Positions 49,650 to 64,000 of a stretch of 64,000 nt of DNA are shown piece by piece. The notes beneath the pieces were generated by a model. It was not told the origin of the DNA, made no database searches, and saw only the letters and a program-made list of their open reading frames with translations. A program made the translations under genes and the position numbers. The first letter of the stretch is position 1, and every line of letters begins with the position of its first letter. Source of the stretch: the human T2T-CHM13v2.0 reference genome, Homo sapiens. The stretch lies in assembly GCF_009914755.1 (NCBI RefSeq), contig NC_060928.1; one strand, given 5' to 3'.

Positions 49650-49996
49650 TGATACGGTTTGGCTGTGTCCCCACCCAAATCTCATCTTGAATTGTAGCTC
49701 TCATAACTCCCTCATGTTGTGGGAGGGACCCAGTGGGAGATAATTGAATCACGGGGGCTGTTTCTCCCATACTGTTCTCATGAACAGTCTCATGAGATCT
49801 GATGGTTTTATAAGGGGAAACCCCCTTTTGCTTGGCACTCATTCCCTCTTTGCCTGCCACCAAGTACAAAGTCCTTCCGCCTTCCACCATGATTATGAGG
49901 CCTCCCCAGCCACGTGGAACTGTGAGTCCATTAAACCTCTTTTTTGTTTATAAATGATGTATGTCTTTGTCAGCAGCATGAAAATGGACTAATACA
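49650..49996 (+). mobile_element. THE1B/C solo LTR
   Basis: TG...CA ends; 5-bp TSD ttaac. Confidence 0.92.
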
Positions 49997-50057
49997 TTAA
50001 CATATGAATCTTTCCAGTGGTTTATCCATACAAATAGTCCTTTAAAATAACCAGCTT

Positions 50058-50355
<298 letters not shown>

Positions 50356-50765
50356 GAAAGAAAGAACCAACTTGTGATTTTATTGATCCTTTCTGTATCT
50401 ATTCTTTTAAGTTCATTGACTTTTGCTCCTGTGTTTATTATTTCCTGCCATTACTTTCTGGGTTTATCTTATTGTTCTTTTTCTGATGTTTTAGGTATAA
50501 GCATTTAAAGTTATATGTTTTGGTAATATTGCATAAGTTTAAACAGATAGTATTTTTTAATCATTCAGTTACAGTATTTTCTATTCTCCATTATAGTTTC
50601 TTCTCAACTATAGGTTATTTAGAAGTGAATTTTCTAAATTTCCAAATATATTACCTATTTTTAGCTTTCTTTTTGTTACTAGAATCTAATTTAATTTCAT
50701 TTAGTCAGAGAAGTATATTAAAGATTGTTTGAAATGTATTGAGGCTTGTTTTTATAGTCTGGTAT

Positions 50766-51446
<681 letters not shown>

Positions 51447-52695
51447 AAGTATGTATTTTTATTCCCTGAAAAGAATATGTGTTCCAGATGTTGAGTTCAA
51501 TATTCTAAATACATCCATTAGATAAAACTAGCTATTTGAATTGTTTGAATTGTCTATATTCCTATTCTTCACATGGTTGTATTTTATGACTGGGAAGTAT
51601 GTTTAAAATCTCCCACTAAATAATGGATTTATAATTGTCTTTTTAAAGCTATCTTTGTTGGGGCATATAAATTTAGAATTGATGCATATTCTTGTGAATT
51701 GAAACTTCTATCCATATATCCTGACCTTCTTTATTGCTAGTAATGATGTTAATCTTAAAATCTTACATTAATACCATGGCATGTGCTTTCTTCAGTTACT
51801 ATTTGTTCCGTATATTTTTCTCATCTTTTCACTTTTATCTTAATGCTTTAGATAGGTCTGTTTTAAATGGCATATTTCCGGAAATTGCTTTTTTAATCTA
51901 GTCTGATAATTTTTTGTCTTTTTACCTGGATAGATTTGCCCATTTACATTTACTGGGATCATTGGTATATTTAGATTTAATTATATCATATTATTAATGC
52001 TTCCTATTTGTACCATGCTTTCTATTGTTTCTTGCCTTTCTGGCTGTTAAATTGATTCAGTGATTTTTTTTTCTCATTCCATTATTTTTCCCTTTAGTTA
52101 TGTGAGGTTAGATACTATATTTCTATTATTTTAGTAGTTACCATAGTAATTTTTAACATGCATTCTTAAAGCCTAAAGTCAATCAACAGTTAACCTCTCT
52201 CAAACAATACAAGGGTCTTAGGATACTTTAACTCGGATCATCTCCTTCCTGACTTAAATGCTACTTTTATACAGCATTTTGGTTCTATCTTGTTTTTTCA
52301 CTGACATACAAATTAGTTGAGTTTTTAAATTTTATGCATCTAATATTTTCAGGATTTGTTTAGATTTACTCACATGTTTATAATTGTTGTTGAGGTTTTT
52401 TTCCCTGCCATTTCTTCTTGCATCTCTGCCCTTCCTTCTGGGATTACATTCCTTCTCCTAAAGCTAATTATTTAGAAGTTCTTTCACTGAGGGTCTGATG
52501 ATTGTAAACTCTCTGTGTTGTTTACCTGAAAATATACATCGCACCAATTCTAGGTCAACAAAAATTTTGCCTCAGCACTTTGCAGGCATTTTTCACTGCC
52601 TTCTGATTTTCATTGTTGTTTTCAAGAGATGAGCTATCAGACTATTGTTCCTTTAAACTTTTTAAAGACAATCTGCATTTATCCCTGGTTATTTA

Positions 52696-53009
<314 letters not shown>

Positions 53010-53619
53010 CCTCTTCAGTTTTCATGCTCTGCAGAATTTCTCATCACTTATTTTGCTTGGGATTTGTGGGTTTCCTGAATTTGAGGATTTACGTCTTTCA
53101 ATGATTCTGTAAATTTCTTAGCCATTGTCTCTTCAAATATTGCCTTTACCCTATTCTATTTCTTCTATCCTTTGCAGCTTTGATTAGAAATAGCTCCCTT
53201 TGCTTTCCATGTCTCTTAACTTCTGTGCTATGTTCTAGGTAATTTCTTTAGATCTCTACTCCAGTTCACTAATTCATTATTTAGTTGCATCTAATCTGTT
53301 CATTTCATTCCTTGCATTTCTAATTTATTATATTTTTCACAATTAGAACTTCCAGTTGGTTCTTTTTCAAATCTGCCTGGTAACTTTTAATAGTCTTTGT
53401 TCCTTGCTCATATTGTTTTTTAGAATCACAAAATGTGGCAGAGCATTGGATCTCCCCACATATTTGTTTTATATTATTTTTAGGCTGGGGGAATAAACGA
53501 CTCTGTTTGTCCTCCCTATTAACTTTGTGTGTACGAATTGTTGCTATTTTTGCTATTTTCCCAATCACAGTACCTTACATTTTGCTTTAAACTTCATATA
53601 TTTTCAGGTGCCTTTCCCC

Positions 53620-55805
53620 AAGTTTTATTAAGGTATACTTAACTAACAAAAATTATATACATATTTATGGTATACAATGTGATGTTTTGAGATATATATA
53701 TTGTTAGGTGATTAAATCAAACCTAATAACATATCCATCACTCACATACCATTTTCGTTTGTGTGTGGCGAGAACATTTACTCTCTTAGCAATTTTCAAG
53801 TATATAATCCATTATTATTAGCTATAGTCAATATGCCATACAATAGATCTCCAGAACTTATTCATCTGTCTAAATGAAATTTTGTATCCTTTGACCAACA
53901 ACTCTCCATTCCCCTCACCCCACCCTGTCGTCCACGGTAAACATCATTCTATTCTATTCTCTGCCACTGTGAGTTCAACTCTTTACGACTCCATATATAG
54001 TGAGATCATGTGGCATTTTTCTTTCTGTGCCTGGTTTATTTCACTTAGCATAGTATCCCCCAGATTCATTCATACTGTTGCAAATGACAGAATTTTCTTC
54101 TTTGTTAAGGTGGAATAGTATTATCTTGTGTATATGTACCACGTTTTCTTTATCCATTCATTCACTGATGGACACTTACATTGATTCCATATCTGGACTA
54201 TTGTGAGTAATGCTGCAATGGATATGGGAGTTCAGAGTGATTCCACATCTGGACTATTGTGAGTAATGCTGCAGTGGATATGGGAGTTCAGAGATCCTTT
54301 GACACACTGATTTCCTTTCCTTCAAATATAACCAGGAGTGGGATTGCTGGGCGATATGGTAGTTCTACTTTTTTTTAAAGAGACAGGATCCTACTATGTT
54401 GCCCAGGCTGCTCTCAAACTCCTGGCTTCCAGCGATCCTCCCAACTCAGCCTCCCAAGTAACTGGGACTACAGGTGCATGTCATTGTGCCTTATTAGTAG
54501 TTCTTATTTTGAATTTTTTTTATTTTTTTTGAGATGGAGTCTCACTCTGTCACCAGGCTGGAGTGAAGTGGCATGATCTCGGCTCACTGCAACCTCCACC
54601 TCCCGTTCGAGCAATTCTCCTGCTTCAGCCTCCCGAGTAGCTGTGACAACAGGCACATGCCACCATGTCCAGCTAATTTTTGTATTTTTAGTAGAGATGG
54701 GGCTTCACCATGTTGGCCAGGATGGTCTCGATCTCTTGACCTCATGATCTGCCCACCTCAGCCTCCCAAAGTGCTGGGATTTCAGGTGTGAGCCACCGCA
54801 CCCAGCCTAATTTTGAATTTTTTGAGGAGCCTTTATGCTGTCTGTCATAATGGCCGTACTATTTTACATTCCCACAACAGTATACAAGGGTTCCCTTTTC
54901 TCCACATCTTCACCAGCACTTGCTATATTTTGTCTTTTTGATAATAGCCATCTTGGGTGTGAGATAATATTTCACTGTATTTTCATAAAATTTCAATTTG
55001 TATTTCCCTGATGATTAGCGATGTTGAGAATTTTTTCATATATGTATTGGCCATTTGTATGTCTTCTTTCAAGAAATGTCAGCCTGATGCAGTGGTTGAT
55101 GCCAATAATCCTAGCACTTTGGGAAGCCAAGACAGGAGGATCGCTTGAGCCCAGGAGTTTGGGACCAGCCTGGGCAACATAGTGAGACCCCATCTCTACA
55201 AAAAAAATTTAAAAATTAGCCAGTGTGGTGACCCACACTTGCAGTCTTAGCTATTCAGGGGGCTGAGGTGGGTGGACCGCTTGAGCCCTGGAGGTCAAGA
55301 ATGCAGTGAGCCATACTACATTCCAGCCTGGGCAACATAGTGAGACCTTGTCTCAAAAAAAAAATAAATAAATAAAAAGAAAAGAAAAGAAAAAAATGAA
55401 AAAAGAAAAAAGTAAAAAAGAAATAACTCTTCACTATCCTTTGCCCATTTTTAAATCAGGTTATTTTCTTGCTGTTGCATTGTCTGAATTCCTTATATAT
55501 TTTGGATATTAAACCCTTATATATATGGTTTGCAACTATTTTCTCTCATTCCGTAAGTTTCTTTTCACTCATTTCCTTTGCTATGCAGAAGATTTTTAGT
55601 TTGATACAATCTCATTTGTATATGTCTGCTTTTGTTGCCTGTTTTATGGGTCATAACCAAAAAAATAATTGCCTAGAACAATGTCATTGATATTTTTCCC
55701 TATGTTTCCTTCTAGTAGTTTTACAGTTTAGGTCTTCAAGTCTTTAATCCATTTTGAATTGGTTTTTGTACATGGTGTGAAATGAGTCTGATTACATTCT
55801 TCTGT
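53620..55805 (-). mobile_element. L1MA-type 3' fragment containing three Alu-family insertions
   Basis: Antisense L1 3' end (caatagatctccagaacttattcatc). Alu monomer about 54370-54490 (-), AluSc-like about 54515-54808 (-), AluJ about 55082-55420 (+). Confidence 0.85.
54182..54293 (+). repeat. 56-bp tandem duplication within L1
   Basis: Two adjacent units differing at 2 positions. Confidence 0.95.
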
Positions 55806-56945
55806 GCTTACTCATACTTTTTGATGTAATATTTTCTGTACTGAAACAAGCTAAATATTTTCTATTTTATATCTCATAATTCCAATATCGGAATTCTTTG
55901 AAGATCCGATTCTGCTGTTTGTTGTTTCTGTTGATTCTTGTCCATTGAGTCTTCACGTGTTTTATCATTTTTGATAATAGCTATTGTTCCTTGGAATTTT
56001 ACTTTGGGAAATTATTTGAGGAATGGTGTAAAGATGTTTCCCTCCAGAGAGGATTGGTGTTTTCCTCTGGTGAGTGTCTAATGGCACCATTAACCCAAAG
56101 TGACTTTAACTACATTCCTGGATTGGACTTTTCACACGTCACAGGTAATGATTCTCAACATCCAAGTTATGGCCAACTGTGTTTATAAACTCTCAAAGGA
56201 CTCTTTTTCCTTTCTCCACCCATAGCCAAAGTGAAGACAGACAAATTTCCTCAAAACCAGACATAATTTGTGCTAGATTACTGTTTTATGGAGCATATCA
56301 CTTTTTAGTATCTCAGTCATATCTCAGTCTTAGACTTTGCCTTCTGTCTCCTGACGTATGACCCAGTGAAACTGAAATTCCAGGCCACCAGAGATTTGCA
56401 AATGCTCCTGAGGCACAAATTTGTTCACTCTTGCTTAGCCATACGTATTTATAATTCCTACTCATTTTCTGCCTCCAAGGAGTCTTATTGTCTTATCAGT
56501 TTAACTCTACATTTCTAAAGTTTTAAATACATTTTATTTCACATTTTTAGATATTTTGTCCCAGGAGTATTTTTCAGAGTATGACTGCAAGAAAAGAAAT
56601 CTCAACTATCCGTTGACCTCTACCAATAAGTGAAAACTTATTTGTAGAATATCTTTCCATAAAATTTTAATGTAAATTAAAATCTTCATTATTTGACAGA
56701 TAGTAGGCACACCAGAGGCTACTCTAGGTCAACTCACATTTTCCCAAGACCTCATTAACTAGTTGTCAGGGAACTTTGGAAGAAATGTAGATTATTTCTT
56801 TGACTATACATATTCTAAGTGTTATTAATTCAGTATATTAAATATAAACTAGAGAAAATGAGAATTTTTTGCTACTAGAAATATTGCTAGTACAACCACT
56901 TTAGAGAAACATCTGTCAGCTTCTTGTAAAATTAAACGTACCCAG

Positions 56946-57274
56946 TGAAATGGACTAACCGTTTGTGTACCCCTAAAATTCCAATATGATGGTATTTGAA
57001 GGTGGGGTCTGTGGGAGGTAATTAGGTCATGAGAGTGGAGAGCTAATGGATGGGATTAGTGTCCTTATAAGAAGAGACCAGAGAGGTAACTAGTCCATCC
57101 TGTAAGAATACAAAGAAAAGTCAGCATTCTGCAACCCAGAAGAGGACCCTCATCAGAATCAACCATGCTGGCATACTGGTCTTGGATTTCCAAACTCCAG
57201 AACTGTGAAGGCTGTTGTTTACAAGTTACTCCGTCTACAGCACTTTGTTACAGCAGCCCAAGCTGACTAAGACA
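56946..57274 (+). mobile_element. MLT1A-like solo LTR
   Basis: TG...ctaagaCA ends; 5-bp TSD cccag. Confidence 0.88.
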
Positions 57275-57469
57275 CCCAGGTATTCCACAACTAGAGCATT
57301 ATTGAATAGAAATAAAAACATATACTGACACAAACATTTGTACAATAATGTTCATAGCAGCATATTTATAATAGCCCAAACTTGAAATAACCCAATAGAT
57401 AAAGGGACAAATGTTGTGTATTTATATGATGGAGTACTTTGCAACAAAAAGATAGGAGCTACTAAATCA

Positions 57470-57879
<410 letters not shown>

Positions 57880-57984
57880 TTACACAAAATAAAAGAAGAG
57901 ACAAAACCAATTTATGGTGACACAGGTCAGATGTTGCCTTGGGGATGCTGGAGGAGATTTGAAAGGAAAGAGCCAGAGGAATCT

Positions 57985-58295
57985 TTTGTTTGTTTATTTA
58001 TTTGTTTGTTTTTTGAGATGGAGTCTCGCTGTTCCGCCCAGGCTGCCATGAAGTGGCGCCATCTTGGCTCACTGCAACCTCCGCCCCCTGGGTTCAAGTG
58101 ATTTTCCTGCCTCAGCCTCCTGAGTAGCTGGGGATATAGACGCGTGCCACCACACCCAGCTAATTTTTGTATTTTTAGTAGAGACGTGGTTTCACCATGT
58201 TGGCAGGCTGGTCTCTAATTCCTGACATCCTGTGATCTGCCTACCTTGGCCTCCCAAAGTGCTGGGATTACAGGCATGAGCCACCATGCCCAGCC
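57985..58295 (-). mobile_element. AluS
   Basis: TSD gagccagaggaatcttt. Confidence 0.93.
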
Positions 58296-58411
58296 GAGCC
58301 AGAGGAATCTTTACTGGGGAGATGTAAATCTGTATCTGGTATGTGATAGTAGTTACACAGGTGCACACGAATGTCAAAATTCATGAAACTGAACACTTAA
58401 GATCTTTCCAT

Positions 58412-58799
58412 AAAGAAAATGTGGTATTATATACACCATGGAATACTATGCAGCCATAAAAAAGAAAGAGATCATGTCCTTTGCAGAAACATAGATGGAG
58501 CTGGAGGCCATTATCCTTAGCAAAATAACACAGGAACAGAAAACCAAGTATCACATGTTCTCAATTATAAGTGGGAGCTAAATGATGAGAACACATAGAG
58601 GGGAAAAACAGACACTGGGGCCTACCAGAGGGTAGAGGGTGGAAGGAGAGAGAAGATCAGGAAAAATAACTAATGGGTACTAGGCTCAATACCTAGATGA
58701 TGAAATCATCTGTACAACAAACCCCAGTGACATGCATTTACCTATATAACAAACCTGCACATGTAGGCCTGAGCTTAAAATAAAAGTTTTTTAAAAAAC
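58412..58799 (+). mobile_element. L1PA (about PA11-13) 3' end
   Basis: ggaatactatgcagccataaaaaag...aacaaacctgcacatgta; TSD atctttccat. Confidence 0.88.
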
Positions 58800-58954
58800 A
58801 TCTTTCCATTTTATCGTATGTAAATTATGCCTGTTAAAAACATAGTCGATTATTTCTAAAAATCTTTCACATTATTAGTTATTCTATAGCATAATTCAGC
58901 AATTTAAAAATATTAGCTGTCAGGATAGGAGAAACCTTATGGTTTAGCTGCCTA

Positions 58955-59374
<420 letters not shown>

Positions 59375-59944
59375 CTAGATTATATTTCAATTTGGAGGCC
59401 AATCATTGAAGGCTCTCTGGTAACATTGAGCAGAAAAGAGGGAAAAACATATCATATTGTGTATGGGTGATATATCTGTAGTGTCAGCCAGATCAGGAGC
59501 AAGGGACTACGGATTTATTCATAGGATATTTGGGAAAGACCATTTGAAATGTTTGCTGGAGGCAGGGAGCAAAGTTTGGGATAACTTTCGACATACCATA
59601 GCAATATTTGAAAGGCAGGTTTGAGACATAGGAGACTGCTCATTTTACTTGTCAAAATAAGAGAAGCAAATGAATATTATGAAATTCCCTGTAGATAAAG
59701 AAAATGGCAGGAAAATGACTCAGGGTAAAAAGACACATACCTTTCAAGTAAAATATTCTGCAAAATAAATTTCACACGCTAGCACAACTTAAAATCTCTA
59801 GGTTTGTGATGAAATTTAATCTTTCAAAAATATGAGGATAACACTTGGCCTGCCTAAATCACAAGATGTTTGTGAACGTCAGATGAGAAATGCCTCCTTC
59901 AAGGTTTTCTTTTGATTTCCTTAACAGTATGATTCAGCAAGTTT

Positions 59945-60160
59945 GCTCCCTCAACAGATATTCATTGAGTGCCCTTAATATGACAGACACTCTCTTAATT
60001 GCTTGAAACACATCAGTGAACAAAGCAGACAAAACCTCGGTTTCATGGAGCTTACATTCTATTTGGAGAAATCAGATAATTTTAAAAAATGCATAATAAA
60101 TAAATCATATAGGTGATAAAATATAAGTGATAGGAGAAAAGAAACAGAACAGTGTAAGGG
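59945..60160 (-). mobile_element. L2 fragment
   Basis: caacagatattcattgagtgcc...cagtgaacaaagcagacaaaa...catggagcttacattcta. Confidence 0.7.
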
Positions 60161-60226
60161 GAAGATATATCACCATATGAATGTTTTAGAGAAAGTCTTT
60201 TTTTTCTATTAAAGCAAAAAAGATAT

Positions 60227-60320
60227 GCTACTCAGGAGGCTGAGGTGGGAGGATCACTTGAACCCAGGAATTGGAGTCCAGCCTGGGCCATAAAGCAAGA
60301 CCCTGTCTCTCTTAAAAAAT
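60227..60320 (+). mobile_element. Alu monomer fragment (FLAM/FRAM-like)
   Basis: TSD-like aaagcaaaaRagatat. Confidence 0.8.
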
Positions 60321-60591
60321 TTTTTTAAAAAATTAAAAAGCAAAAGAGATATACTAAGGGAGCATTTATCCACCAAAACAATGAGACAAGCAGTTAGAAA
60401 GCACCCTAAGCAAGGATTGTTGGTAGGTATTGCAACCTAACAGATTAGAGAATAAAGCCAGTTCTGTCAAAGTGATGAAAAGCGTTATATTTAACACATT
60501 TTTTTGCCAACACCTAGTGCCTAAAATATATATATGAAAATATTGTGTCCATTAGTGGCCATTTTAAAATTGTAATGATTCAGAAAATTCA

Positions 60592-60949
<358 letters not shown>

Positions 60950-61451
60950 TTATCCATCTAGTTTTATTCCTTCTTTCTAAAGATTTTCAGAACATTCTCT
61001 CTTGAGAATGATGCTGCGCCATGAATGAGTAGAAATATTTGACACATTACTGTGAATTATTATTTTGTAAAATATATGTCAAAGTACTTGGCATATTACT
61101 GGCACATGTAAATGTATTTGTTAAAATAAAAAAATTGTTTAAATAGTCATAAGGCCTTATTGGGGATTACTGATTAAATATTTATGAATAAGAAAAAGAG
61201 CATTCATTTTTGAGAACTAGAATAACACTTTCAGGAAATTAATTGCAATTACCCTTGATGTGGTGGTCATTATAATATAGACTTAAACACTGTGAACATA
61301 TGCTCATATTATGTCAGTTTATCCTATAGTTGCTTTATCCTTTGTTTTCTTCAATTTCACTGTTCATTATACCACCATTTCCTTCACAAAGCGTGAAAGA
61401 GAAGGGGAAATGAAAGCTGGTAAACAGAGTTTATGTCAGTTTGGCTCTTAA

Positions 61452-62206
<755 letters not shown>

Positions 62207-63754
62207 TGACTCACTGCAATTGCCACTTTCAGGAACTATTGATATACTGATATGAGAATATTTTATTTAATAATCGTCATCATTTCTTCTCTTGAAAAGT
62301 GCTTTTGCAAGCAGGTAAGAAGGAATACTAGGTGATCATTTGAACTCTGACAATTATTTATTTCTCTTTGCAAATGGAAATACAAGGAACGTCCTCCCAA
62401 AGACTGACGTGGAAGCAATACTTATGTTTCCATTGCATCTTGTTTACATCCCTGTTTCAGTTAATTCCTGTATTTTATTTAGTTGTTTGCCAGTCAGTTG
62501 TCCTCCCGACTGAAAACTCCTTGATCGAAGAGTTGTCTTTCCTTTTTGTAGCCCCAGGTTTCTAGCACAGGTGAAAGAATAAATAAATAAAAGATCACTG
62601 GGATTTACATGAGGGTTAGCCAAGTTCTGTCTTAAACACTGTAAGTCCAACAAAAACAGGTTGGAAAGTTTCTTATTTGGGAGTAAGCTAGCTCCCTTAA
62701 TTGCAAGAAGCTCTGAATCAAAATATATCCACCACTCCCTTTTGTATCTCCATTATCTACATGTAATATAAATGCATCAAACCATTATATTAACTACTAT
62801 ATCTTAGCTGCCTTTCAAATAAATGGAAAGGTTAAAAAACACTGCTGTAAAATAGGTTATCTTGCTAATAGTGCATACCCAATGCAAACCCATTAAAAGT
62901 CTCACACAGTGTTGAAGTAGCTCCCTTTTTTGGTAAAGTTAGACTAAATAGCTTATACTGTGTAATTGTGATAATGGAATATTCCTACTAATAATTACTC
63001 AGAGACTCAGATACATTCTTGATGAAAAATTATCAAACAAGTTGCTTTATTTTTAACTTAGGACTTCAGAGGGCTTATTATTTCGAAATCAAATCTATTA
63101 AACATCATGAGTATATTATTTCTCATTAAGATTCCTTTTGAATTCATTTCACATGTTAAAGACAGGGTATCAGTGAATAATTTATAAGTAAAAATTATTT
63201 TATAATATTTATCTTAGAAATTAAAGTGAATAGAACATGAGAAAAAATGAAAAAAAAGGACAAGAAACGAATGGAGTAAGACTAGGCAGGGGAATTTCAC
63301 AAGGTTAATTGCAGCACTTCTAGAGCACTCTTAGCTTACCATCAAATAATTTTACTAGCTATTTTATTTAGCATTAGTTGTCAATTTAACTCATTTCATA
63401 GGTCAACTATTATTGTGATTAAGAACTAATTTTTAAAAACCAAGACAATTATGTCCAAGTTTTCTTCATTTAATCAATATGGGACTATATTAAATGAGGC
63501 TATAAAAAGATGTTACTGGTGATCCATAAACCATTAGAAAAAAATAATGGTTTTTATTATTATTATTTTATTATTATTACACAATTGCATGTGTATAACA
63601 TTTTGCCTAGTAATCAACTTTTTGTTTATGGCAGCTCTGTGCAAAATTCCTTCTACCACTAAATAATGTAAAAGAAGACAGTGGTTTTTGAACATTTTTG
63701 TTTGTTGGCCCCAAGTAGGGTTCCTTTGAAACAAAATTCCCCAATAAATCCACC

Positions 63755-63877
63755 TGAGTGTGGTGGTATGTGCCTGTAGTCCCAGCTGCTTGGGGACTGA
63801 GGCAGGAGGATTGCTTGAGCCCAGGAGTCAGCCTAGGCAACACAGCAAGACCCTGTCTCTTAAAAAAAAAAAAAACA
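63755..63877 (+). mobile_element. Alu monomer (FLAM-like)
   Basis: Single arm with an A tail. Confidence 0.85.
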
Positions 63878-64000
63878 ACCCATCAACCCAGAAAGAGTTT
63901 GGAGTATTATCTATGCTGTTCTTGGACCAGGAGAAGAGAAACAGCCATTTTAAGTTTGGGAAGGCAGTAAAGGTAGTATTGGGAGCTGATATAACCAGTT

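Overview
Primate (most likely human) genomic DNA, very rich in repeats. It carries most of the minus-strand gene TMEM156, a poorly characterised type I membrane glycoprotein. I identified the gene from memory of the human protein, not from a database search. Coding exons 2-6 (32617-32886, 27714-27974, 22883-23002, 20376-20459, 5124-5191) have canonical GT-AG sites and splice in frame. A non-coding last exon runs from 1695 to about 800. Exon 1 and the promoter are not in the window and presumably lie beyond 64000. The rest is about 45 Alu elements, L1 fragments (including a young L1PA2-like insertion with a 17-bp TSD), MaLR/ERVL LTRs, MIR/L2/MER relics and microsatellites. There is no prokaryotic-type system and no CRISPR array. 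The most unusual signals are: two non-tandem local copy-paste duplications that both start in the 5' end of an Alu, one with a fold-back hairpin junction; an LxxIxE (PP2A-B56-type) motif at the TMEM156 C-terminus; symmetric phase-1 exons that would allow a soluble isoform; and inverted Alu pairs tightly bracketing exons 2 and 3. Repeat subfamily names and boundaries are by eye and approximate.
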